Of a stretch of DNA of 64,000 nucleotides, positions 8,963-18,366 are shown in pieces. The notes beneath the pieces are model-generated. The model made no database searches. It saw only the letters and a program-made list of their open reading frames with translations, and had not been told where the DNA came from. Position numbers and translations under genes: made by a program. Numbering within the stretch: position 1 is the first letter of the stretch; every line of letters starts with the position of its first letter. Source of the DNA: Candidatus Undinarchaeota archaeon (GTDB taxonomy: Archaea > Undinarchaeota > Undinarchaeia > Undinarchaeales > JALTGF01); contig CAZNLD010000001.1 in NCBI GenBank assembly GCA_964574035.1, positions 16,220-80,219 on the forward strand, written 5' to 3'.

Positions 8963-10306
8963 ATGACTAAAAAGAAAATTGTAATAATCGGCGCATTGGG
9001 CATGGATTTCCATACATTCAATACTGTTTTTAAGAATAATTCTGAATATGAAGTTCTGGCATTTACAATTGCAGGGGAGCAGAATGTAGGAACTACAGAA
9101 GAAGCAAAAAGAGTTTATCCAGCCGAGCTTGCCGGAGATTTATATCCGGAAGGGATACCAATGATTCCGGAGACTGAACTTGAAAATTTCGTAGCTGATA
9201 ATGAAGTTGATGAAGTTGTTTTCGCATATTCAGATGTTTCTCATTTGGAAGTAATGCACAAAGCATCAAGAGCTTTGGCTTCCGGAGCAGATTACAGACT
9301 GATAAGCGGAAAAAATACAATGGTTAAAGCAAACAAACCGGTAATTTCAGTCTGCGCAGTCAGAACCGGATGCGGAAAAAGTCAGGTTTCAAGGGCTGTT
9401 TATAGGTATTTAAAAGAGAAAGGCTACAAGGCTGTTGCAATAAGAGAACCGATGCCTTACGGCAACTTGGTGGAGCAGGAAGTTATGAGGTTTGAAACAT
9501 ATGAAGACCTTGACAAGTACAACTGCACTGTTGAAGAAAGAGAAGAATATGAACCCTATATTGAACAAGGACTTGTTGTTTATTCAGGAGTTGACTATGA
9601 AAAAATTGTTAGGCAGGCAGAAAAGGAAGCAGATGTTATAATTTTTGACGGAGGGAATAATGAAATTTCTTTCTACAAACCGGATCTTCTTTTTGTAGTT
9701 GCAGACCCCCTAAGACCGGGGCATGAACTGAAATATCATCCTGGAGAAGTTAATGCAAGAACTGCAGACGCCGTAATTATAAACAAGATTAACAGTGCAA
9801 GACCGGAAGATATTGAAAAGGTAAAAAGAAATATAGAAAAAATTAATCCGGAGGCAGAGATAATTAAAACCAAATCTGTGGTTTCAGTTGAAACCCCTGA
9901 AAAAATAGAGGGTAAAAAAGTTATTGTTGTTGAAGATGGACCTACCTTAACTCACGGAGGAATGTCATACGGAGCAGGATATGTGGCAGCTAAAAAACAC
10001 AGGGCAGAAATTGTCGACCCCAAACCCTACTTGAAAGGAAGTATGAAGGAAACTTTTGAAGAATTTCCTCATATTGATAAAATAGTTCCTGCAATGGGAT
10101 ATAATGAAGAGCAGGTAAAAGACCTTGAAGGAACCATTAACTCGGCAGAAGCAGATATAGTCATTGACGGAAGTACTATCGACCTTGAAAAAGTAATAGA
10201 CAGCAATAAGGAAATTGTCAGAGTAAACTATGATATTGAGCCGGGAAAGGGAACACTTTCAATTGATGAAATGCTTGACAAATTTGAAGAAAAGTATTTG
10301 AAATAA
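8963..10306 (+). CDS. arcE: ArcE-type arginine synthetase homologue (often annotated GTPase or cyclic 2,3-diphosphoglycerate synthetase-like)
   Basis: IIGALGMDFHTFN, VRTGCGKSQ P-loop, PMPYGNL, EEREEYEP, DGGNN, YHPGE, EDGPTLTHGGM and PAMGY motifs; clustered with OTCase and carbamate kinase. Confidence 0.85.
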   Translation: MTKKKIVIIGALGMDFHTFNTVFKNNSEYEVLAFTIAGEQNVGTTEEAKRVYPAELAGDLYPEGIPMIPETELENFVADNEVDEVVFAYSDVSHLEVMHKASRALASGADYRLISGKNTMVKANKPVISVCAVRTGCGKSQVSRAVYRYLKEKGYKAVAIREPMPYGNLVEQEVMRFETYEDLDKYNCTVEEREEYEPYIEQGLVVYSGVDYEKIVRQAEKEADVIIFDGGNNEISFYKPDLLFVVADPLRPGHELKYHPGEVNARTADAVIINKINSARPEDIEKVKRNIEKINPEAEIIKTKSVVSVETPEKIEGKKVIVVEDGPTLTHGGMSYGAGYVAAKKHRAEIVDPKPYLKGSMKETFEEFPHIDKIVPAMGYNEEQVKDLEGTINSAEADIVIDGSTIDLEKVIDSNKEIVRVNYDIEPGKGTLSIDEMLDKFEEKYLK

Positions 10307-10348
10307 AATGCAAAAACATTTAAGCAGACTGAAGTTCTTTCTAGTAAT

Positions 10349-10999
10349 ATGAAACTTGAAATGCATGTCCATTCAACTTATTCAGACGGTTTAATGTCTG
10401 TCAGAGAAATCGCTGAAAGGATTAAAAGAATTGGTTTGGATGGGTTTGCTCTTACTGACCATAATACAGTAGAAGGCCACTCTGAAGCAAAAGAAATCGC
10501 AGATGAAATAGATTTAAAATTTATCCCTGGAATTGAAATTTCAGCAAAAGAAGGACATGTTATTGGTTTGGGAACTAGTAAAAAGATTAAGAGAAACCTA
10601 AGTGCTGAAAAAACTGTTGAAAAAATAAAAAAAGCAGGAGGAATTTCTGTTGCAGCGCATCCATATGACCCTTTCAGGCACGGCGTAGGAGATTTAGTTA
10701 AAGAGATAGAATTTGATTATATTGAAAGTTTTAATTCAAGATCTTATTTTCCCTGGTACAACTGGAAAGCCTCCAAAGAGGCGAAAAAACTAAGAATTCC
10801 AGAAATTGCAGGTTCAGATGCCCATACTTTATCTGGAATTGGGATGGCAGTTACAGAAACAGACAGTTTAAAGGCGCTATACTACGGAAATTCCAGGACA
10901 TGCAAAACTAAATGGGTAGGCACGCCTGTAATAACGCTTGGCGCGTTGAAGAGAAAAATGATTAAATACAGTAATCCGGACAATCTGCCTTTTTTATGA
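10349..10999 (+). CDS. PHP-family metal-dependent phosphoesterase
   Basis: HVHSTYSDG, LTDHNT, GIEIS, AAHPY and GSDAH motifs. Confidence 0.92.
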   Translation: MKLEMHVHSTYSDGLMSVREIAERIKRIGLDGFALTDHNTVEGHSEAKEIADEIDLKFIPGIEISAKEGHVIGLGTSKKIKRNLSAEKTVEKIKKAGGISVAAHPYDPFRHGVGDLVKEIEFDYIESFNSRSYFPWYNWKASKEAKKLRIPEIAGSDAHTLSGIGMAVTETDSLKALYYGNSRTCKTKWVGTPVITLGALKRKMIKYSNPDNLPFL

Positions 11000-11008
11000 A
11001 GCAAGCGA

Positions 11009-11230
11009 TTACATTAACTGCTCTATTTTTCTGACGATTGGTACCATAAAGAGCAGCAGTCCCAGCCATACTACGAAGATTACCAGAACAAATACTGACC
11101 AGAATCCATCTGTTCCAAGTGCGTTTGATAACAGCATTATACCGAAGGTCAATACTAAAGCTCCGATAAAACTGAGAACTACTTCTTCCATAGCAAACAT
11201 TAACCGCTTGTTTGAGTTTTTCTTTGCCAT
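11009..11230 (-). CDS. Small two-TM hypothetical protein
   Basis: 73-aa ORF with two hydrophobic helices that fills the intergenic space. Confidence 0.65.
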   Translation of the reverse strand: MAKKNSNKRLMFAMEEVVLSFIGALVLTFGIMLLSNALGTDGFWSVFVLVIFVVWLGLLLFMVPIVRKIEQLM

Positions 11231-11276
11231 GATTTGGAATAAACTCTGCCTTATTAAATACCTTTCTATTTAGAAA

Positions 11277-11915
11277 TTAAAGAGTAATAATGTAGATATG
11301 CGGACTGTGAAGTTGAATTCCAAACAAAGAGGAGTATGCCCTTGAAGTTCCTATTGAAAATCTGACTTCTCCTGAAATATTGTAGGGAATGTTTTCAAAC
11401 ATTATGTAGCCTTCTCTTTCTTCGCCTGGCTCTATGTTTTCTCCGTTGAATTGAGTATAAGTTACATTATATGTTTGATTTGGGATTTTTTGAATGAATG
11501 CATTATCTTCCTTAAAATTTTCAATAGAGTTTCCTGCATTTCTTACCCATATATCAGCCCTGAATGCAATTTCATCTAAGCCTTCTTCCGGATTTTTATA
11601 CCAACCGATTCTTACCAACTTTGTTTCAAACAAACCGAAATCGTGGCTTAAATTCAGATACCTGGATCCTTCAATATAGTCCTGCTCATGGTCAATCTTT
11701 TCCTGTTTTTCCGATTCAATTTCAGGCGCTTCCTCAGGTAGTTCAGGTCCAGAACCTGTTTCTGATTCTTTTATCTGGAATTTAGGAAGCATAAATTCAA
11801 AATCTACCGGTTTTGAAGAAACTAAAACTTCTTCATAATTGGTTATGAAAACAACAGATGAAACTAATAAAGCCATTGCTACCAGCACAACAAAAGATGC
11901 ATGTTCCTTTTCCAT
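11277..11915 (-). CDS. N-terminally anchored hypothetical protein with an Ig-like (DUF4352-like) domain
   Basis: N-terminal TM, acidic linker, and ADIWVRNAG...IEPGEEREGYIMFE pattern. Confidence 0.6.
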   Translation of the reverse strand: MEKEHASFVVLVAMALLVSSVVFITNYEEVLVSSKPVDFEFMLPKFQIKESETGSGPELPEEAPEIESEKQEKIDHEQDYIEGSRYLNLSHDFGLFETKLVRIGWYKNPEEGLDEIAFRADIWVRNAGNSIENFKEDNAFIQKIPNQTYNVTYTQFNGENIEPGEEREGYIMFENIPYNISGEVRFSIGTSRAYSSLFGIQLHSPHIYIITL

Positions 11916-11968
11916 ATTAAAGAGTATGTGCAAATAGTATTTAAAGTTTTAAACTAAATAAATATAAA

Positions 11969-12676
11969 ATGGTCAAACTAAGAAAACCGCCAGCAATAAT
12001 ACCCTCTTTAGACTTAAATTTAGAGGGTGCAACTGACTTATTAGGAGAGCTTGCTGATGTCGAAGAGAAAATAGCCGCATACAAAATGAGTTCTCTTCAA
12101 ATTATGGAAAAAGGCCTTGAAGAAGTTGTTGAAGAAATCAGAGCATATACCAATCTTCCGCTTATTTATGATCACCAAAAAGCATGCACTGACATTCCAC
12201 CGATTGTTAAAAATCAGGTCGATGCAGTTGCCTCCCTTGGAATTGATTCATTTATTGCTGTTCCACAGGGAGCAGGTTCAAAAAGTCTGGAAAGTTTTGT
12301 TAAGGCTAGCAAGGAAAATAAAATAATCCCAGTCGTCCTTTTGGAAATGACTCATCCGGGCGCTAACGATTACCTAAAAAAGAATACGCCGAGCAAGGTT
12401 TTTGACAGGGCAGTTAAACTTGGAGTTAAACATTTTGTAGTTCCAGGAAATAAAACTGAAAAAATAAATCAGTATAGGTGCTGGGCGGACAAAGAAGACA
12501 AGAAAATAAAATTATTAAGTCCGGGCATTGGTGCTCAGGGCGGAACTGCTGAAAGTGCAGTTAAAACAGGAGTTGATTACCCAATTATTGGAAGAGCAAT
12601 TTATACTTCTGAAAAACCCGCTGAGGCGGTTGAAAAAATATATGATGCTTGTAAAAAAGGATATTCTAAAAGATGA
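11969..12676 (+). CDS. pyrF: Orotidine 5'-phosphate decarboxylase (variant motif)
   Basis: SLD, YK, DHQKACTDIP, MTHPG, SPGIGAQGG and IIGRAIY motifs; overlaps pyrE by ATGA. Confidence 0.9.
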   Translation: MVKLRKPPAIIPSLDLNLEGATDLLGELADVEEKIAAYKMSSLQIMEKGLEEVVEEIRAYTNLPLIYDHQKACTDIPPIVKNQVDAVASLGIDSFIAVPQGAGSKSLESFVKASKENKIIPVVLLEMTHPGANDYLKKNTPSKVFDRAVKLGVKHFVVPGNKTEKINQYRCWADKEDKKIKLLSPGIGAQGGTAESAVKTGVDYPIIGRAIYTSEKPAEAVEKIYDACKKGYSKR

Positions 12677-13299
12677 ATAAAAAAGAAACTGCAGAAATTC
12701 TGCTTGATATCGCAGCAGTTATTTTAAGACCAAAAAAGCCATTTATTTTTACTTCTGGAATTAAGAGTCCCATTTACTGTGACAATAGAATTTTAATGAG
12801 CCATGTTGAAGAAAGAAGGAAAATTATTGAATCTTTTGAAGAACTTTTGAAGGAAAAAGGAGTCGATTTTGAGGTAATTGCCGGAACTGCAACAGCAGGA
12901 ATTCCTCATGCAGCTTGGCTTGCGGAAAAAGAGAACTCTAAAATGATATATGTAAGAAGTTCAAAAAAAGGGCACGGAAAGGAAAATAAAATTGAAGGAG
13001 TTTTAAAGGAAGGCCAGAAAGTCCTCATTGTTGAAGATTTAGTAAGTACCGGAGGAAGTTCAATTGAAGCAGTTCAAACTGTAAGAGGTGCAGGAGGAAT
13101 TGTTGATTACTGCATAGCAATATTTACCTACGGCCTTGAAAAGGCAGAGAAAAGATTTGAAGAAGCTGACTGTAAATTAATTACATTAACTGATTTTGAA
13201 ACACTAATTGAAACTGCCGAAAAAAGAGGAGATATTACTGAAGAAGAAAAGAGAGAACTTGAGAAGTGGCAGGCTGATCCGGATAATTGGATGAAATAG
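12673..13299 (+). CDS. pyrE: Orotate phosphoribosyltransferase
   Basis: SGIKSPIYCDNR, ATAGIPHA, KGHG and VEDLVSTGGS motifs. Confidence 0.96.
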   Translation: MNKKETAEILLDIAAVILRPKKPFIFTSGIKSPIYCDNRILMSHVEERRKIIESFEELLKEKGVDFEVIAGTATAGIPHAAWLAEKENSKMIYVRSSKKGHGKENKIEGVLKEGQKVLIVEDLVSTGGSSIEAVQTVRGAGGIVDYCIAIFTYGLEKAEKRFEEADCKLITLTDFETLIETAEKRGDITEEEKRELEKWQADPDNWMK

Positions 13300-13306
13300 A
13301 GGATGT

Positions 13307-13341
13307 ACCATTAACTATCTACCATAAACCATTCACTATTA
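13307..13341. repeat. Degenerate heptamer array (5 x ACYATHH) at the tRNA-Asn 3' end
   Basis: accatta/actatct/accataa/accattc/actatta. Confidence 0.75.
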
Positions 13342-13347
13342 ATTGAG

Positions 13348-13469
13348 CGCCCCCAGCAGGAGTTGAACCTGCGACCTTCCGGTCTCTGTCACTCCGCTTC
13401 GCTTCGTGAATAGCCACAAAGCAAGCTTTGTGATAACAGCCGGATGCTCTTCCACTAAGCTACAGGGGC
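13348..13469 (-). tRNA. tRNA-Asn(GTT) with 50-nt canonical intron (13384-13433)
   Basis: Reverse complement: GCCCCTG/TGGGGGC acceptor, TCCGG/CCGGA anticodon stem, CT-GTT-A loop, BHB helix CTGT/ACAG, GCAGG-TTCAACT-CCTGC T arm, G discriminator. Confidence 0.92.
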
Positions 13470-13533
13470 ATTTGAGGTATAATATAATGCTTTAAGGAAT
13501 TTATAAAGTTAGTTGTTTGCAGGAATATTTATT

Positions 13534-14622
13534 CTAGTCCAAGAACTGCTCGTTTTCTATCTTCTCAGGAAGATATTCTTTTGCAACGAAGTCAAGACTC
13601 TTGTTTGCAAGAGCCTGCTGTTCAATTCTGACTCCCATATCCAGCATCTTTTTGAGCTGTTCAATCCATTCCTGATTATGTTTAAACCAAGGATAATCCA
13701 TTTCTTCCTTTATTCGTTTTTTGTCAGTATCCTTGAGTTTTTCAGTAACATTTTCCAGCTCATACTTTTCAATATCGCCCATAGTCATTCCTACATATTT
13801 GCTCTTCGGAACTGCATATCTTTCTGAGAGATGTGCAAGCTCAATTGAACCATATTTCAAAACGGAATAAATGTAGAAACCATACGGATCGCCGTCTACA
13901 AAAGCAACAACGGGCAAATCCAGTTCGTCTGAAAGTATTTTCGTAAATCGTCTTACTCCCCTCGGAAACATCCCTTCTCCCGTAATCATTAAGCAGTCAA
14001 GGTTTTTCCACACCTCTTCCTGAATAAGACGAGACATCATAGCATCGTTCTCTATTGCCAGAATAAACTCTGCATCATGGTTTACAACTTCAACATCTTC
14101 TACATAACCAGGAATAGCCCACCCTCCTCTTCCGAGCTTGCTGCAGTCAAACGTATCTCCTGTCTGTTTAAGAGTTATGTTTCCATAGATAGAGCCTCTT
14201 GCTTTTGCCTCAACATGAAGTCTTTCTCTTAAAATACCAAGTGAGGCTTCAAGGTCGTTCAAAGTTTTTCCGCTTTCAGTATCATCTTCAAAAGTATTTT
14301 CCTTCGAATTAGGAAGAGAGTGCTTCAAATTGTAATACAATTCTCGTTTTCCTACTGTTCTGTCGTCTTCAATATAACTTTTGCAAGCAGCCGCGATTAA
14401 CATAGACTGCATGAACTTCCTCGTGTGAGAAACATTCAGGAATTTTCTTGTTGATTTTCGGTCCCCTAGTTCGAGTAGTTTCTTGTTCTCATTAAAAGAA
14501 ACATTTGACCTTGTTCTTGTAGGCATTTTGAAGTTTGGGCCTACTCCTTTCTCAACGAGATTGGTCATATTCTCTCCGAATTCTTCTATTTTTTTGATTG
14601 ATTCTTTGCTTGGCTTATCCAT
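13534..14622 (-). CDS. top6A: DNA topoisomerase VI subunit A
   Basis: RELYY catalytic Tyr, TOPRIM DGDPYG, and RIEQQAL. Confidence 0.96.
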   Translation of the reverse strand: MDKPSKESIKKIEEFGENMTNLVEKGVGPNFKMPTRTRSNVSFNENKKLLELGDRKSTRKFLNVSHTRKFMQSMLIAAACKSYIEDDRTVGKRELYYNLKHSLPNSKENTFEDDTESGKTLNDLEASLGILRERLHVEAKARGSIYGNITLKQTGDTFDCSKLGRGGWAIPGYVEDVEVVNHDAEFILAIENDAMMSRLIQEEVWKNLDCLMITGEGMFPRGVRRFTKILSDELDLPVVAFVDGDPYGFYIYSVLKYGSIELAHLSERYAVPKSKYVGMTMGDIEKYELENVTEKLKDTDKKRIKEEMDYPWFKHNQEWIEQLKKMLDMGVRIEQQALANKSLDFVAKEYLPEKIENEQFLD

Positions 14623-14624
14623 CT

Positions 14625-16259
14625 TTACTCTTCTTCAGGCTCTGGTATTTCTTCATATGCAGCCTGTTCTTCCTCCTCGTCTTTTTTTATTTCTTCTTCT
14701 TTAAAAAGTTCGCTAAATCTTTCCCTCACAATTTCATCCAACCCTTTTTCTATTTTCTTTTCATCTCCCCCGGTTATTCTTGCAATTGCTTTTGCTGTTT
14801 CAGGTACGTATTTTTCAAAGGCTTTTTTCTTTTCCTTCTGCTCCTTAAGGCGCCTCTTTCCTGCCAGGAATTTCTTTAATTTTCTTCCAATCTGCATTAG
14901 AGCATATCTCATTTCGTCAAGAATTTCTTCCTCTTTTGCTATTGCCTGCTTTCCTGCAGAAGTGTAAGGAACGTGAGTTGAAATTAAATTTATGAATACT
15001 GTTACAGGAGCATTGTCCAGATCAGAAATATTGTATCTTTTCCAGTCAACTGTTTTCATGGCCTCAGTAGTTACACATGCGCCTCTATCAAACAAAAGAG
15101 GGGCCCTGTTTGCAAATCTCATTAATTCTACCTTCTTTCCTCCGCCATTTGAACTTGTTTCCCTTCCTGCATTTCCTCCATAGGCAATTGCAACTTCAAC
15201 AAGGAATGGTATGCCTCCCTGATAAACAGTAGGTTTTCTTGTTATTGCCTCAACAAAATCAGGCGCCAGCAGGCTTTCAAGAGCTTTTTCAACAGTATCT
15301 TCTCCTATTGGAACAAGTCCCGAAGTAGGAGGTGCCATGAAATCTGCTTTTTTGAAAGCATCTGTAAGTTTCTCGGCTTTTTCCCAGTCAAGTCTTTTCG
15401 GGCTCACCTTTAAATCATAACCAACTTCTTCCTGAACTTCCTTTACTCTCTTTGAACTTACTCTTGAAAGTTCATTTTTAAGCATGGAACTTATTGATCT
15501 GGAATTTGTTTTGTGAGCAATATCAAGTAAATCATGGGTTTCAAGTCCTTCTGGATGGGGCTGAATTTCTTCAGGAGTTTCAGGAACTTCGTCAATAACT
15601 CTTTCAAAAACAATTTCAGAATCCATGTCTTTGAACTTAATTGTAGCATGAGGATTTGCTGCAGCAGTCCATCTGACATATTCAAAAGGACCCTGTCTGC
15701 CTTTAGTATACATTACATTTTTAAATTCAAGTTCAACAATTGTTCCTCTCCAGGTGTCATTTAATACTTCTTTTTCAACAATCTCCGGCTTATTTTTCTT
15801 TATATCCATCTTAACTTTGGCGTCAATTATCTTGCCACTGCCGGTTCCAGATTTGATCCTGGTTGGTTTGCCAGTAGTTACCTGAGAAAATAGAACTGCC
15901 CCACTTACACCAAGCCCCTGCTGTCCTCTAAGCTGAATATTTCTATGGAATTTGGTTCCTGTAAGGAGCTGTCCAAAAACTTTTTCTAAATGATTTATTG
16001 GAATTCCAGGGCCATTGTCCTGTACTTTGACTCTGTAATGGTTGTCCCCGACTTCTTTTATTGCAACTTTAATAACAGGCAGAATACCTGCCTCTTCACA
16101 CGCATCAAGACTGTTTGTAACTAGCTCATGGATTACAGTCGTGAGACTCTTTATTTTTCCAACATATCCGAGATACTGCTTGTTCTTTCTAAAAAATTCT
16201 GAGAGAGGTACTTCTTTGAATTCTTTGAAGAGTGTATCTGCAGTTACTTCTTTTACCAT
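14625..16259 (-). CDS. top6B: DNA topoisomerase VI subunit B
   Basis: HELVTNSLDA, DNGPGI, RGQQGLG and RFANRAPLLF motifs. Confidence 0.97.
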   Translation of the reverse strand: MVKEVTADTLFKEFKEVPLSEFFRKNKQYLGYVGKIKSLTTVIHELVTNSLDACEEAGILPVIKVAIKEVGDNHYRVKVQDNGPGIPINHLEKVFGQLLTGTKFHRNIQLRGQQGLGVSGAVLFSQVTTGKPTRIKSGTGSGKIIDAKVKMDIKKNKPEIVEKEVLNDTWRGTIVELEFKNVMYTKGRQGPFEYVRWTAAANPHATIKFKDMDSEIVFERVIDEVPETPEEIQPHPEGLETHDLLDIAHKTNSRSISSMLKNELSRVSSKRVKEVQEEVGYDLKVSPKRLDWEKAEKLTDAFKKADFMAPPTSGLVPIGEDTVEKALESLLAPDFVEAITRKPTVYQGGIPFLVEVAIAYGGNAGRETSSNGGGKKVELMRFANRAPLLFDRGACVTTEAMKTVDWKRYNISDLDNAPVTVFINLISTHVPYTSAGKQAIAKEEEILDEMRYALMQIGRKLKKFLAGKRRLKEQKEKKKAFEKYVPETAKAIARITGGDEKKIEKGLDEIVRERFSELFKEEEIKKDEEEEQAAYEEIPEPEEE

Positions 16260-16260
16260 T

Positions 16261-16794
16261 TTAAAGTTCTTTTGCTTTCTCCTTTAATTCTTTTTCCATT
16301 GATTTAAACACTGCGCCGTGCATTGCTCCATTTATCAGCTTTTCAACGGCCCTCATAGCTATTTCAAGACCGATTGGGAAACCGATTATAGCGACAGTAT
16401 GTCCATGTATGACTATATCAGTATTAGTCAGGTCCTGTATTTTCTTTTTTGATTTTCCTTCTTTTCCGATTATCCTTCCTTTAATTCTGACCTGAGTTGA
16501 TTTATTTTTCCCCAGATAATCTTTTAAATTGATTATCTTGAGATCAGCATTTTCTTCTAGTATTCGATAAGCTTTCTTTGAGGAAAAACCTCTGCCAATT
16601 GCTTTTATGACATCACGAGCTTTCCATAAAAGGAAAGGGTCTGACTCATCAGTTTCAGAAATCATGACCTCATTGAGCTCACTGTCAATTTTGACCTTGG
16701 TTTTTGTTTCCCGTTCAATTCGCTTTATTATTTTTGCATCATCTGCAAGAAGGTACTTAATCCTCTTGGCAGGAATTTTCAAGTATTCAACCAT
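16261..16794 (-). CDS. KH-domain pre-rRNA processing protein (Dim2/Pno1 family)
   Basis: AIGRGFS, RIKGRIIGKEG and GAMHG motifs; conserved position next to top6B. Confidence 0.92.
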   Translation of the reverse strand: MVEYLKIPAKRIKYLLADDAKIIKRIERETKTKVKIDSELNEVMISETDESDPFLLWKARDVIKAIGRGFSSKKAYRILEENADLKIINLKDYLGKNKSTQVRIKGRIIGKEGKSKKKIQDLTNTDIVIHGHTVAIIGFPIGLEIAMRAVEKLINGAMHGAVFKSMEKELKEKAKEL

Positions 16795-16897
16795 TATGAT
16801 TTTGTATTATATATAAGGCTTTTCCTTTATTTAAAGGTAACGGCTTGCTTGTTGTTGATTTTGGGTTTATTCGGTCTTAATTTTAAGAACGCTCAAT

Positions 16898-17260
16898 CTA
16901 TATCTGTTGTTCTTCTATAAAATCTCTTGTAATATATCCTCTTTTAATTAATTCATTTACCTGGTTTTTCTTGTAAAAATACAGATAGTCTCCTTTTTCG
17001 TCGCTTTGAATATCCCATTTCTTTACAAGAACAACGTAGCCAGGTTTTACTCTTAGCTTATATCTGATTTTGCCCGGAATCCTACAGCTTCTGGTATGTC
17101 CATCCGTGCATCTTACAAGCAGTTTTGAACCGTAATGTTCTTCAACTACTCCAAGAAGTTCATTTTTTGACTTCTTTGGTATTCTGACTCTGACATAGCC
17201 TCCAGACTGCTGATTTCCTTTCTTTCCTTTTTTCTTATTTTTATTCTGAGGCATACCCAT
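16898..17260 (-). CDS. eif1a: Translation initiation factor aIF-1A
   Basis: RVRIP, VRCTDGHTRSCRIPGK and WDIQSDEKGD motifs. Confidence 0.93.
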   Translation of the reverse strand: MGMPQNKNKKKGKKGNQQSGGYVRVRIPKKSKNELLGVVEEHYGSKLLVRCTDGHTRSCRIPGKIRYKLRVKPGYVVLVKKWDIQSDEKGDYLYFYKKNQVNELIKRGYITRDFIEEQQI

Positions 17261-17350
17261 TTACTTGAATACTGCGGTTTATTAAGGTTTTGTAATTGCT
17301 AGCTTATAAAAATATAAATAGAAGATAGTAGAAAGGATTATTGAGTAAAA

Positions 17351-18337
17351 ATGAGTGTCAGGCCTCTATACGAAACAGTAATTGAGAAGCAGAAGGGAGA
17401 TGTTTTTGCCATGTGGCCGTATTTTGCTTTTCCGGGTAGTGAATTTGATAGAAAGAGAAAAGAATATTATGGTTCTGAAAGAGGGGATCATGTAGAACTT
17501 AAATCCGCAATGAAGGGTTTTGATACTAGGATTATACTTAATGCCGGAAATGAACCAGCCGGGATACCAAGATGGATATATACGGAACTCTGGGAGAAAG
17601 GTTACAAGTGGGATTTTGACCTGATCATAGCAGCTTCTAACATGTACAACTCTCACTTGCCGGAGCTGTCCGGAAAGAAAGTTGCATTTAAAGACGGAAT
17701 AGACAGATCAAAACCAATTAAATTCATCAAATCAAAAAAAGGCATAATTGGAGTTCAAACTAAAGAAATGTACGCCGACTATGAAAAAAGAGAACTAGGA
17801 GTTATAATACCAAAAGAAGTGCTTCCCGAAGATTATAAGATTCCTGCAATTACGCATGAATATTGCTCAAATATAGGAATGTATGGATTCGTAGCGAGTA
17901 ATGAAATAGGACTGTTAAATAAATATAGAGGTGGTTTTTCCAACCCTCCAACGGATGAGTTGTTAGAAAAGGGAGGCAAAGATCTTGTTGACAAGTACAG
18001 CGAGAAGGTATTCAAAAAACTCTTGGAAACTACTTTTGAACTCGCAAAAATTGCGAAAAAGGAGGGCAAAGGCGACCAGTTTGTTTTTGCAGCCGCGGAT
18101 GAAAGTTCTCAATTTGGTTTAGTAGGTGCCAATACTATCCCATTCGTTGATGGGATTGAAAAGGCTATGAAGGATAAATTTAATTATGTTTATGAAGCTA
18201 AATGGCTGAGTGCGGGTGAAGCATTAAATAAATGGGGAATGGAAAAAAAGGACATCCGGCAATTAATAGGTACTTTTAAAAAATTAAAAACACAAAAGCC
18301 GGAGTGTAAAATGGAAATAGAGTTGAATGAACTATAG
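17351..18337 (+). CDS. Hypothetical protein, 328 aa (possible divergent CE4/GH57-like barrel)
   Basis: Long ORF with its own TATA-like box; fold resemblance is weak. Confidence 0.6.
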   Translation: MSVRPLYETVIEKQKGDVFAMWPYFAFPGSEFDRKRKEYYGSERGDHVELKSAMKGFDTRIILNAGNEPAGIPRWIYTELWEKGYKWDFDLIIAASNMYNSHLPELSGKKVAFKDGIDRSKPIKFIKSKKGIIGVQTKEMYADYEKRELGVIIPKEVLPEDYKIPAITHEYCSNIGMYGFVASNEIGLLNKYRGGFSNPPTDELLEKGGKDLVDKYSEKVFKKLLETTFELAKIAKKEGKGDQFVFAAADESSQFGLVGANTIPFVDGIEKAMKDKFNYVYEAKWLSAGEALNKWGMEKKDIRQLIGTFKKLKTQKPECKMEIELNEL

Positions 18338-18366
18338 AAGATTAAGGTTTTTTACATTAAAAATTA

